Below are positions 21,573 to 31,330 of a DNA stretch of 64,000 nt, piece by piece (position 1 is the first letter of the stretch; every line of letters starts with the position of its first letter). Source of the DNA: Bacteroidia bacterium. Its GTDB lineage: Bacteria > Bacteroidota > Bacteroidia > NS11-12g > UBA9320. Location: assembly GCA_018402155.1 (NCBI GenBank), contig JAGYJG010000001.1, positions 418,831-482,830 on the forward strand, written 5' to 3'. The position numbers and the translations under genes were made by a program. A model generated the notes under the pieces. It had not been told where the DNA came from, made no database searches, and saw only the letters and a program-made list of their open reading frames with translations.

Positions 21573-22633
21573 CAATTGAGTTTTATACGTGGATCTAGTT
21601 TAATGTATAGTATATCTACCACAATATTTATGACAACAAAAAGCAGAGCTATGAATACGATTGCACCCATCACTATGGGCAAATCATTCATCTCTAAAGC
21701 TTCAATAGTGAGTTTACCTAAGCCTCTCCAATTAAAAATAAACTCTACAAAAAAAGCACCTGCTAGTAGGGATGCAAACCAACCACTTATTGCGGTTATA
21801 ACCGGATTTAGTGCATTCGGTAATGCATGTTTTAGCAATATTTCTGCCGCACCAAGCCCCTTAGATTTAGCCGTTTTAATGAAGTCCTTGTTCAACGTTT
21901 CTAAAATAGAACTGCGAGTGAGTAATGTAAATATGGATAATGGTCGGCTTCCGAGAGCGAGTGCAGGTAGTATTATATTTTTCCATTGATAGGATGCACC
22001 AGTGAATGGATCTAAATCTATCCAACTTCCTGACATGGATAGACCAGTGATGTCGTGAAGCACAAAGCCAAAAAGCCAAGCTAATATGATGGCAGAAAAA
22101 AACGAAGGGATAGATATACCTAAAGTACTCACAAAAACAATAGCCTGATCTGTCAATGTGTTGGCGCGTGTACCAGAAAGTATACCTAGTAAAATGCCAA
22201 AAAAGGCAGCAATGATTATACTTACTAGGGCTAAAATAAAAGTGCCCTTAAAACTTTGAGCGATTAGTGCATCCGTGCGCTGTCTATTTTGAAAAGATCT
22301 CCTTAAAAACGGTTTTTTAAAAAGTATCGTCGCAAATCTTGTTTGAATAAGCAGAACTTTCCCATATTTAGAGTAGAGCTGTTGAACATTCGTCTTGGTG
22401 TGAAATGAAACTGGCGAGATATCATTTAAGTATAGTAAGTACTGAACAAAAAGTGGTTGGTCTAAACCAAATTCTTTCTTTATTGCTTCTTGAGTATCTG
22501 CATCTGTCCGCTGGCCTACCGCCATTTTTTCTGGATTAGGAAATGAAAAGCTAAATAAGAAAAATACTATAGTTATTACACTAAATAATATCAGTATTCC
22601 ACTTCCTATGCGCCTCAATAAAAAGCGTATCAT
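21572..22633 (-). CDS. Peptide/nickel ABC transporter permease (DppB/OppB-like)
   Basis: FGLDQPL, EAA-loop TAKSKGL, HALPNAL and C-terminal LDPRI. Confidence 0.9.
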   Translation of the reverse strand: MIRFLLRRIGSGILILFSVITIVFFLFSFSFPNPEKMAVGQRTDADTQEAIKKEFGLDQPLFVQYLLYLNDISPVSFHTKTNVQQLYSKYGKVLLIQTRFATILFKKPFLRRSFQNRQRTDALIAQSFKGTFILALVSIIIAAFFGILLGILSGTRANTLTDQAIVFVSTLGISIPSFFSAIILAWLFGFVLHDITGLSMSGSWIDLDPFTGASYQWKNIILPALALGSRPLSIFTLLTRSSILETLNKDFIKTAKSKGLGAAEILLKHALPNALNPVITAISGWFASLLAGAFFVEFIFNWRGLGKLTIEALEMNDLPIVMGAIVFIALLFVVINIVVDILYIKLDPRIKLN

Positions 22634-24156
22634 TTACCTATCTTTTTTGTAAATTGCTTTATAGAAGGGAGGCGTGTGCTTGGCCAGTTTTTTCGTACTA
22701 CGTTCCCTTTTAGTAGTACAAGACCCGGATTACTTCGGATTATGGATTTTAAATTTGTTTTGTCGCCATAATAAAAGGGAATTTGAAGGCTGTGTTTGTC
22801 GCAGAAGGCTTGGACCTCTTCGCTGCTGCTGGCCGTTATTGGGTATACTTCTACTCCTTCTTTTTGACACGTATTTAGTATATCGTGTAGCTCTTTCATT
22901 GCCGCCTCATTTGCTTTGGCCACCTCGTTTAGCACTATCAGTAGTTTGTAAGCTGTATCATTTGCAAAAAAATTAGCTACATAATCGTTGGCTCTACTTT
23001 CATCCATTATTTTGAAATCGTGTATAGCTGGTTCGTACCCTTTGCTCAGCAGTTTGTCGCGGCGGTCTACAAACGAATATCCTTCTTTTTTGAGATCTCT
23101 CCCGCGCATTTCTGCTAAAGTGAATTCTTGTTCCTCCCCATTTTTTTTGTATATAAATACATTTTCATATATATCCGCTGGAGCCCCGTCAGGTACAACT
23201 GTCAATGCGCGTATATCATTGCCTTTTTTAAATAGTAAAAAGTTTTTGATAGGAAGATAATGCCAACAATAAACAGAAAAACTAACTGATATCAAGGTGA
23301 ATACAGTAAGTAATTTTACCGCAAATGGTTTGCTGAATACTGGTTTTATGTTCCGAATACCTATAGAAATGAACAAAATGGAAATACAAAGTATAATGTC
23401 TTTATAAAAACTTTCCCAAGGAGTAAGTTTTATTGCGTCACCAAAACATCCGCAGTCAGTTACTTTATTGTAAAAGGCACTATACCAAGTTAGAAATGTA
23501 AAAAATATAATGAGCACTGACAAGAATGTTACTATTGTTCGCGGTGCCCAGCCTATTAACAATGCAATACCCAATACTATTTCCAACACACACAAAAAAA
23601 TTGCCATTACCAATACGTAAGAGCGCATTTTTTGAAAAAAATCTACCAACCAAGACTGGGGAGTACCATATTCTCCAGTCTCTATTTCTATCGTTGTTGG
23701 ACTCATGGTTTGGTTTGCCAATGAGATACTTTTTGATTTTATAATTTTACCATTTATGGACGCCGATACTGTCAGTATCTTTTGAGCAGTATCTGATGCC
23801 CGTTTGTGCAGTGATGTAGACCACAATACATTTTTGTTTAGCCGCACCCAAGCTTGACTTGTATAGCTTTTATCAGAACTTTTAGCTTCTGGTGTCCTGA
23901 TTTTCCAGGGAGATTTTTCTATGGTAATATCAAAGGTTTCGGTATCGTGAGCTATGAGAGCAGATTCGAATATGCTCTCATTGTTGTAGCTTATTTGTAG
24001 CCCTATGCTATCTTGAGTCTCAAGTTCTGAGGAAAATACGGAAAAATACTCGTCTAGTTTGTAGCTAAATCCTGTAGGGTCGTTTGCTTTGATAAGACCC
24101 GAAAAAATAAAAACCAAACCAACAAATACCCTAAAAAAAGTGGTTATGTATTTCAT
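22630..24156 (-). CDS. BT_3928-like DoxX/MauE membrane protein with a C-terminal thioredoxin-like domain
   Basis: SGLIKANDP, VTDCGCFGDA and IIRSNPG motifs, in the folP/DUF1599 neighbourhood. Confidence 0.8.
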   Translation of the reverse strand: MKYITTFFRVFVGLVFIFSGLIKANDPTGFSYKLDEYFSVFSSELETQDSIGLQISYNNESIFESALIAHDTETFDITIEKSPWKIRTPEAKSSDKSYTSQAWVRLNKNVLWSTSLHKRASDTAQKILTVSASINGKIIKSKSISLANQTMSPTTIEIETGEYGTPQSWLVDFFQKMRSYVLVMAIFLCVLEIVLGIALLIGWAPRTIVTFLSVLIIFFTFLTWYSAFYNKVTDCGCFGDAIKLTPWESFYKDIILCISILFISIGIRNIKPVFSKPFAVKLLTVFTLISVSFSVYCWHYLPIKNFLLFKKGNDIRALTVVPDGAPADIYENVFIYKKNGEEQEFTLAEMRGRDLKKEGYSFVDRRDKLLSKGYEPAIHDFKIMDESRANDYVANFFANDTAYKLLIVLNEVAKANEAAMKELHDILNTCQKEGVEVYPITASSSEEVQAFCDKHSLQIPFYYGDKTNLKSIIRSNPGLVLLKGNVVRKNWPSTRLPSIKQFTKKIGK

Positions 24157-24707
24157 TTATCTTCAAAAAATTCATTTAGTCTTATTAATGCAAATATAGC
24201 GTAGTTCAACATATCACTAAAATTAGCTTCTATGCCTTCAGAAATAAGCGTTTTACCCTTTTTGTCTTCTATTTGTTTTGTCCGTAAAATTTTCATAAGT
24301 ATAAGATCTGTGTAGGTGCTCACTCGCATGGCTCTCCAAGCCTCACCGTAGTCGTGGTTTTTGTCCATCATCAGTTCTTTGCACATAGTAGCTTTTGTGT
24401 CGTAATGCGTCAACACTTGAGCTGTGTCCATTTCTAAGTTTTCATCGGTATCTAGTTCTAGCTGTATGAGTGCTATAATGCAATAGTTTACTATACCTAT
24501 AAATTCATTCTCTATACTCTCACCAACTTTATTTTCTCGCTTCTCCTCAATGCTGCGTATGCGTTGTGCTTTTATAAAAATTTGATCGGTAATGGATAAT
24601 GGCCTTAAAATGCGCCAAGCTGTTCCATAGTCGTGGGTTTTTTTTTCAAATATTTCGCGGCATTGTGCTAGCGCGTGATCAAATAGAAGTGGTGTATCTG
24701 TGTGCAA
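24153..24707 (-). CDS. DUF1599 domain protein (two internal repeats)
   Basis: Repeated K..DYG.AWR motif (KTHDYGTAWR and KNHDYGEAWR). Confidence 0.85.
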   Translation of the reverse strand: MHTDTPLLFDHALAQCREIFEKKTHDYGTAWRILRPLSITDQIFIKAQRIRSIEEKRENKVGESIENEFIGIVNYCIIALIQLELDTDENLEMDTAQVLTHYDTKATMCKELMMDKNHDYGEAWRAMRVSTYTDLILMKILRTKQIEDKKGKTLISEGIEANFSDMLNYAIFALIRLNEFFEDK

Positions 24708-24751
24708 AATGAATTTAATTTGCTGCGAAGATAATTTTCAAACTGAAACAA

Positions 24752-25585
24752 ATGAAACGAAGCATCAACATAAAAGGCACAGAGATAAATTTTGACAGGC
24801 CCAAAGTGATGGGGATATTAAATGTAACGCCGGATTCATTCTCTGATGGGGGCAAGTATACTGACGCAGATTCTGCTTTGCTGCAAGCACTGAGTATGCA
24901 AGCTGAAGGAGCAGAAATAATAGATGTAGGAGGGTACAGCACCCGCCCAGGAGCATCAGATGTAGACCTTCAGGAAGAGCTAGATAGAGTACTGCCGGTT
25001 ATACAAAAAATAACGCAACATTCTGATGTTTATATTTCGATTGATACGTTTAGAAGCCAAGTGGCAGCTGCCGCAGTAGGAGAAGGAGCCCACATCGTAA
25101 ATGACGTGAGTGCAGGAGATGGCGATCAGGCTATGCTCACTACTGTGGCCAATTTGGGTGTTCCGTACATCGCTATGCACAAGAAAGGTACTCCACTATC
25201 AATGCAGCAAAATCCAAAGTACGAAAATGTGCTACAAGAGGTTTATGAATATCTTGCCGCCAAAAAAATAGAATGTGAAATAGCTGGAATATCAGATCTG
25301 ATTTTAGACCCCGGTTTTGGTTTTGGTAAAACTTTAGAGCACAACTTCAAATTACTTAAGAATTTTTCTATTTTTAGGAATTTGGATGTGCCCATATTAG
25401 CCGGTTTATCTCGCAAAAGTATGATATACCGTAGTCTGGGCTTATCGCACATGGATGCCCTTAATGGTACAAGCTTTCTTCATGCTTTCGCACTGCAAGC
25501 GGGAGCTTCAATTTTGCGCGTGCATGATGTAAGAGAAGCCAAAGAATGTGTTGTACTATTTCAATCCTTCCAGCATGGTTCTTAA
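24752..25585 (+). CDS. folP: Dihydropteroate synthase
   Basis: GILNVTPDSFSDGG, STRPG, DPGFGFGK, SRK and RVHDV motifs. Confidence 0.97.
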   Translation: MKRSINIKGTEINFDRPKVMGILNVTPDSFSDGGKYTDADSALLQALSMQAEGAEIIDVGGYSTRPGASDVDLQEELDRVLPVIQKITQHSDVYISIDTFRSQVAAAAVGEGAHIVNDVSAGDGDQAMLTTVANLGVPYIAMHKKGTPLSMQQNPKYENVLQEVYEYLAAKKIECEIAGISDLILDPGFGFGKTLEHNFKLLKNFSIFRNLDVPILAGLSRKSMIYRSLGLSHMDALNGTSFLHAFALQAGASILRVHDVREAKECVVLFQSFQHGS

Positions 25586-25690
25586 AACTTTCCATTAAAA
25601 TATAAATAATTTGAAAAATAATAATCAGTTCATATAAAATTAACATTGGGAAGTCACCATTGCAGTATAAAATATTCAATAAAAAATATA

Positions 25691-26926
25691 ATGAAACACA
25701 AAATTAAATTTTTGACGATGGTAGCTCTTTCTACCCTAATGTTTGTATCAGGCTGTAAAGATGACGAAGAGGATGTTATTCCTCCAACTCCTATAGAAGC
25801 TGGTACTGGTACTATTATAGTGGATGCTAACATAACAGCAAACACTACTTGGACGCGTGACAAGGTTTATCAACTTGCAGGTAGAATTACCGTTGTTGAC
25901 GGTGTTACATTGACCATTGAAGCAGGAACAGTTATTAAAGGTGAGGCAGGATCAGGAGCAAATGCTACAGCACTTATCATCGCAAGAGGTGGTGTATTGC
26001 TAGCAGAGGGAACGGCTGCTGCACCTATTATTTTTACTTCTGTAGCTGATGAAATTAAGTCTGGTCAAATAGCTTCACCAAACATGGATCCTACTTTACA
26101 GGGTTTGTGGGGCGGTTTAATTGTGTTGGGTAAAGCTCCAAGTTCATTCAAAGGTGATGTTTCAGAAAATGCTATAGAAGGTATTCCAGCTTCAGACGGT
26201 AATGGATTGTACGGAGGAAGTATTGCGGATGATTATTCAGGGGTAATTAAATATATATCTATTAGACACGGTGGTTCAAACATTGGTGAAGGAAACGAAA
26301 TTAATGGATTAACTCTTGGTGGTGTTGGAAGTAAAACTATCATCGAAAATGTAGAAGTAATAGCAAATGCTGACGATGGTATAGAGTGGTTTGGAGGTAC
26401 AGTAAGCGTTACGAATGCACTTGTTTGGAACTCCGGTGACGATGCATTAGATTCAGATCAAGCCTGGGCAGGAACTATGGATAACTTCGTAATTATTTGC
26501 GGAAGTAATACTGATCACGCCCTAGAAATAGACGGTCCAGAAGGTTCTTACAGAGACGGTCACACTTTAAAAAACGGTACAATAAAAGGTCACGAAAACT
26601 CTGAATTGGGAGATTTTAGAGACGGTGCTGAGGGTACGTTCGAAAACATGTACTTCTTCGGGTTTGAATCACCAGCTGATACAGACGGTAGAGGCGATTT
26701 TTCATTAAGTGGAGATGAATCTAGAAGTAATTTTGCGGATGGGGTGCTTGTTTTCAATAAGTTAGAAGTTACCCTTCCAGCCTCTACTGAGTTAGCAGAT
26801 GTCTTTAAAAATGGTACAGATGCAAGAGCGTCAAACGTTGCTAAAAATGCAAATACGGTAGGTGCAGATCTTACTAAATTTGCCAATTGGACTTGGGCAT
26901 CAGCAGCAGGACAACTTAATTTTTAA
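25691..26926 (+). CDS. Surface-exposed acidic beta-helix lipoprotein, partner of the downstream TonB receptor
   Basis: Lipobox VSGC followed by KDDEED (a Bacteroidota lipoprotein export signal); WGGLIVLG, NEINGLTLGGVG, DDGIEWFGG and DDALDSDQAW motifs; A-rich leader before ATG 25691. Confidence 0.8.
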   Translation: MKHKIKFLTMVALSTLMFVSGCKDDEEDVIPPTPIEAGTGTIIVDANITANTTWTRDKVYQLAGRITVVDGVTLTIEAGTVIKGEAGSGANATALIIARGGVLLAEGTAAAPIIFTSVADEIKSGQIASPNMDPTLQGLWGGLIVLGKAPSSFKGDVSENAIEGIPASDGNGLYGGSIADDYSGVIKYISIRHGGSNIGEGNEINGLTLGGVGSKTIIENVEVIANADDGIEWFGGTVSVTNALVWNSGDDALDSDQAWAGTMDNFVIICGSNTDHALEIDGPEGSYRDGHTLKNGTIKGHENSELGDFRDGAEGTFENMYFFGFESPADTDGRGDFSLSGDESRSNFADGVLVFNKLEVTLPASTELADVFKNGTDARASNVAKNANTVGADLTKFANWTWASAAGQLNF

Positions 26927-26953
26927 CAAAACGATACATATATAAATTTACAA

Positions 26954-26997
26954 GGTGCCAAGTTTCATTCAATATATGAGACTTGGCACTTTTTTTT
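26954..26997 (+). terminator. Terminator-like hairpin between the lipoprotein and TonB receptor genes
   Basis: GTGCCAAGTTTCAT-N7-ATGAGACTTGGCAC followed by T8. Confidence 0.75.
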
Positions 26998-27013
26998 ACT
27001 TTAGGATAAACAA

Positions 27014-29872
27014 ATGAAAAAAATACTATTGCTGCTTAGTTGTGTTCTTCCTTTGTCGCTTTTGGCTCAAGAGGGAAGTATAAAAGGTCAAGTAATTGAC
27101 AATGAGAATGCGGAAGAAATGATAGGTGTTTCTGTTTTGGTAGAAGGAGCATCTGCCGGAGCAATTACCGATTTGGATGGTAAATTTGAGATTAAAATAA
27201 AGCCAGGAGTTTACACACTTCGGATTTCTTATATATCTTACCAAACTTTAGCTGTAGAAAATGTGAAGGTTGTGGCTGGAGATGTAAATGTATTAGATGT
27301 GTTGCGAATGATTTCTAACAGTGAAGTGGTAGAAGGTGTGGTAGTAAGAGCCACTGCAGTGCGCAATACCGAGACTGCACTGATGACAGTAAAACGAAAG
27401 TCCCCTAATCTTATTGATGGTATCTCGTCCGCAAGTTTTAAAAAGATTGGAGATTCAGATGCTGCATCTGCTATGAAAAGAGTGACAGGTGTATCGGTAG
27501 AGGGAGGCAAGTACGTGTATGTAAGAGGTCTAGGCGATAGATATACTAAAACAACTCTAAATGGTATGGATATTCCTGGACTAGATCCGGACAGAAATAC
27601 CTTACAAATGGATATTTTCCCTACAAATATTATTAGCAACATTACAGTATCCAAGTCATTTAGTGCTGAGCAATCGGCTGATTTTACTGGAGGTGCAGTA
27701 AATATAGACCTTATTGATTTTGCAGATAAACGGTCTATGACTGCTGGCGTGGGAATTGGGTACAATCCTGCTATGCATTTCAACAATAACTACACGACCT
27801 ACACAGGAGGACAAACAGATGCCTTTGGATTTGATGATGGTACAAGAACTATACCTACGGGAAGAAGTCAAAATGTGCCACAATATGCTAATGTCTTGGG
27901 TAATCCAAGTGGAGAGCGAGGTAAGCAGTATACTACTATTTTAAATGATTTCAATAAAGAAATGGGAGTAGATAGAGCAATGAGTTTGATGAATTACGAC
28001 TTGAATTTTGCTTTTTCAGATGCTAAAAAAGTAGACGACGATTATACCATCGGCTATAATTTAGCTATAACATACAAAAATGAAACTGATTTTTATGAAG
28101 ATGCCGAATTTAACCTTTTTGGTAAAGATGCTCAACCTTCTAAGGTTAATTTGATTCCGCTTGAGAGACAAAAAGGCGATTTTGGCGTCAATAATGTTCT
28201 CATTGGTGGTCTTGCAGGACTTTCATTGAAAACAGAAAACTCCAAGTACCGATTAAATATTTTGCACTTGCAAAATGGCGAGAAAAAAGCAGGCCTTTTT
28301 GATTTTGTTAATACCAATCTTGGGGCAAACTTTGAGGCTGATCAGTATAACCTAGAATACAGTCAAAAAGAACTTACAAATATCCTTTTTGATGGTTCTC
28401 ATAGATTGAGAAATAATCTAAGACTAGATTGGAAAGTATCCCCAACCAGATCGGCTATTACAGACCCCGACATCCGGTTCTTGCGATTCCGACAGCCCAC
28501 CAATAACATCTCTACTGAGGCTGGTCTTCCTGAACGAATTTGGAGATTTTTGGAAGAGTATAACTTATCAACAAAGGTTGACTTAGCCAAGGACTACAGA
28601 TTGTTAGGTCGGGATTCTAAAATTAAATTTGGGGGTAGTTATACTTTCAAAATGAGAGATTATGAAATTCAAAGCTTTCAAATACAACCAGGTAATACTG
28701 TATTTACTGGAAATCCGGATGAGCTTTTTGCGGAGGAAAACTTGTTTTCTGCCGCCAATAGAAATGGTGTTCGCTACGATCCATCGTTTATTCCAACCAA
28801 TCCAAATAAATTTAATTCTTCTCTTCACCACTTTGGTTCCTATGTGTCTACAGAGCTGAAAATTGTGGATGCCCTGAAAACAGTGGTAGGTGTAAGGGTA
28901 GAAAAATACGACCAATTTTATACTGGAACCAACCAAACCGGGTCTCTTTCACTAGACAATGATAGAGTGATTAGTGATTTAGATCTGTTCCCTAGCTTAA
29001 ACCTCATTTATGCGCTTAGCGAAATGCAAAATTTGAGATTTTCATTTTCTCAAACCATCGCTCGCCCCTCATTTAAGGAAATGTCATTCGCCGAAATACT
29101 AGACCCTATTACAGGTAGAACATTTATTGGTAGCTTGCTTCCAGAAACTACAAATGGAGGTACAGAGATACTATGGGATGGGAATTTGCAATCTTCAAAA
29201 ATTGCGAACCTAGATTTACGTTGGGAATTGTTTCAAGATAAAGGTAGAATGATTTCACTTGGAGCATTCTACAAAAGGTTTAATAATCCTATTGAGATGG
29301 TTCAGTTTTTGGCAGATCCAGGATCGTTCCAAGCCAGAAATGTCGGAGACGCAACAGTTCTAGGGTCAGAATTTGAATTGCGCCAAAATTTTAAATTTAT
29401 AAGTCATAAATTAGAAGAACTGACTTTTAGCACCAATGTTACTTACACCTATTCTAGTATCGAGCTATCTGAGTCTGAGTTTAGATCGCGTACGTTGAGT
29501 GCCAGAGATGGAGAAACAGTGGAAAGAACAAGAAAGATGGCAGGACAAGCCCCATTTATCTTAAATTCAGGATTGTCCTACAACGTTGAGAAGTGGGATG
29601 CTGAAGGTGGTATTTTTTATAACGTGCAAGGCGAAACATTGCTTTTTGTAGGTTTTGCAAATAGAACCGATGTTTATTCAGTTCCTTTCCATAACTTGGG
29701 CTTGAAGTTTTCTAAATCTTTTGGTGAAAAAATAAGTTTGTCTGTTAAAGCATCTAATTTACTAAACGACGAAAGAGAGCAAATATTTAAAAATTTTGAA
29801 GCACAAAATGAAATTTTCACTAGACTTAGACCGCAGAGATCATTCAGTTTAAGTTTTGGGTACCGTTTTTAA
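27014..29872 (+). CDS. TonB-dependent receptor with N-terminal carboxypeptidase-regulatory-like domain
   Basis: Signal peptide; TDLDGKF; plug motif YVYVRGLGDRY; TIARPSFKE; ends in GYRF. Confidence 0.92.
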   Translation: MKKILLLLSCVLPLSLLAQEGSIKGQVIDNENAEEMIGVSVLVEGASAGAITDLDGKFEIKIKPGVYTLRISYISYQTLAVENVKVVAGDVNVLDVLRMISNSEVVEGVVVRATAVRNTETALMTVKRKSPNLIDGISSASFKKIGDSDAASAMKRVTGVSVEGGKYVYVRGLGDRYTKTTLNGMDIPGLDPDRNTLQMDIFPTNIISNITVSKSFSAEQSADFTGGAVNIDLIDFADKRSMTAGVGIGYNPAMHFNNNYTTYTGGQTDAFGFDDGTRTIPTGRSQNVPQYANVLGNPSGERGKQYTTILNDFNKEMGVDRAMSLMNYDLNFAFSDAKKVDDDYTIGYNLAITYKNETDFYEDAEFNLFGKDAQPSKVNLIPLERQKGDFGVNNVLIGGLAGLSLKTENSKYRLNILHLQNGEKKAGLFDFVNTNLGANFEADQYNLEYSQKELTNILFDGSHRLRNNLRLDWKVSPTRSAITDPDIRFLRFRQPTNNISTEAGLPERIWRFLEEYNLSTKVDLAKDYRLLGRDSKIKFGGSYTFKMRDYEIQSFQIQPGNTVFTGNPDELFAEENLFSAANRNGVRYDPSFIPTNPNKFNSSLHHFGSYVSTELKIVDALKTVVGVRVEKYDQFYTGTNQTGSLSLDNDRVISDLDLFPSLNLIYALSEMQNLRFSFSQTIARPSFKEMSFAEILDPITGRTFIGSLLPETTNGGTEILWDGNLQSSKIANLDLRWELFQDKGRMISLGAFYKRFNNPIEMVQFLADPGSFQARNVGDATVLGSEFELRQNFKFISHKLEELTFSTNVTYTYSSIELSESEFRSRTLSARDGETVERTRKMAGQAPFILNSGLSYNVEKWDAEGGIFYNVQGETLLFVGFANRTDVYSVPFHNLGLKFSKSFGEKISLSVKASNLLNDEREQIFKNFEAQNEIFTRLRPQRSFSLSFGYRF

Positions 29873-29992
29873 AAATAGTCTTGGTACCATAGTTTAGTAT
29901 CAAGGATTTTATAGTTGGTGCGATTTGCGAATAATGCACTCCTAAATAACTTCAGCTAGCAGTCAAATTAATATTTTTGAATTGGCTACGTT

Positions 29993-30027
29993 AAAAAAAG
30001 CCTACTCCGTTGAGAAGGCTTTTTTTA
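29993..30027 (+). terminator. Terminator after the TonB receptor
   Basis: AAAAAAAGCCT...AGGCTTTTTTT. Confidence 0.65.
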
Positions 30028-30619
30028 TAACGGTTATTAGATCTATATTAACTTTAAGCTATTTAAAATGGTAAACTCGAGAAAAAGAACCTTTCTAGCG
30101 ATTTACACCACCGTATCATAGCTTTTTCTTATTAGTCTTTTGTAAAGTAGTTTCGTGGCTTTTAACGTACTCTCACTCTCAAAGTATGTATAAATAAAAC
30201 TACAACCATGTCAACTTTATGTTTTGTAATACTACGCCCATTGATTTACTCCAAACAATTAGTCTTGTCTGGTACTTTGTAAGTCGATAAAATCAGCCAG
30301 CTAATTTGACTGTTCTAAAAAAAAAATAAGTTACTGTATATGAGCTCTAGTAAAACGTTGGCTGCTGATATTAGTGTTGGTCATATTCTAACCTTTCTGT
30401 TTTGGCGTTTTCTAGTTGTGTAAGTACCACTGCAATGTCTATGTTTTATAGCGCTATTGAGGTTTATGTATTCGAAAAGTATTTCAGTTTTTATAACATA
30501 AACAAGAACTCTAAGTACAAAAAAATAGGTAAAATACATCTCATTAACCTTCACTTTATGAGTAATCTTCACTTTTTTGTTATCTGCTCAAGTTCTATTC
30601 GTGTCCAGCAATTAGACTA

Positions 30620-31041
30620 TTGCTGCCCGTCAAAACGGATTTATTGCAGCTCTAGACGATATCAAAAATGAAGTAACAATTGATTTGGCTCTTTCGTCAT
30701 ATCTTCATGTACTTGGCGATGATTTCGAAAACTCGACTATCTCAGTAGACGGATTTGTCAATATGGAAGGTACTGCTTAAATCGTAAAAGGCAGCTCAAT
30801 TTCCAATTTGGATAATAAGAATACTACTACAATCCTTGCCGATAAAGCATTAATAAGCAATAAATTGAAATTTACTTCCGGTATAGCAGTGTTCAAAGAG
30901 TCAATTGAGTTAAACTCAACTAACGCTTTTGGCAGTATAAATTTTTCTTCACTATCACACGGGCCATATCACATGGTGATTGAGTCTAAAACTGATAAGT
31001 GGTCTGGTATGTTTATGTTACAGTCTATAAAAAATCTCTAA
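30620..31041 (+). pseudogene. Decayed remnant of a T9SS-secreted protein gene
   Basis: Frameshifted LPVK-TDF-IAALDDIKNEVTIDW segment and a C-terminal SINFSSLSHGPYHMVIE segment resembling a type-A CTD. Confidence 0.35.
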
Positions 31042-31263
31042 TGTGATGCCATATACTAGCTATCATATTAATATTTTGATAAAGGAGGCTTCATTTTACG
31101 AAGGAGCCTTTTTCGTTTATTTTTTACTCTTACTTTAATTATGGAGCTGTTTTTATTTTCATATCAGAAAACGGAATAAGTATGAGTTAATAAAACAAGT
31201 AATAATTTGTTGTTTTACTAATCAAAATATAACACGAATAATATATTTTGTTAATGAACGAGT

Positions 31264-31279
31264 ATGACACTTGTGTCAT
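31264..31279. promoter_or_regulatory. Inverted repeat, candidate operator upstream of the phosphoesterase operon
   Basis: ATGACAC-TT-GTGTCAT, about 50 bp before ATG 31331. Confidence 0.45.
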
Positions 31280-31330
31280 GATGTATACTTTTTTAATTTT
31301 AGTGTTTAATCCTTATTTCTGGAGATCTAT

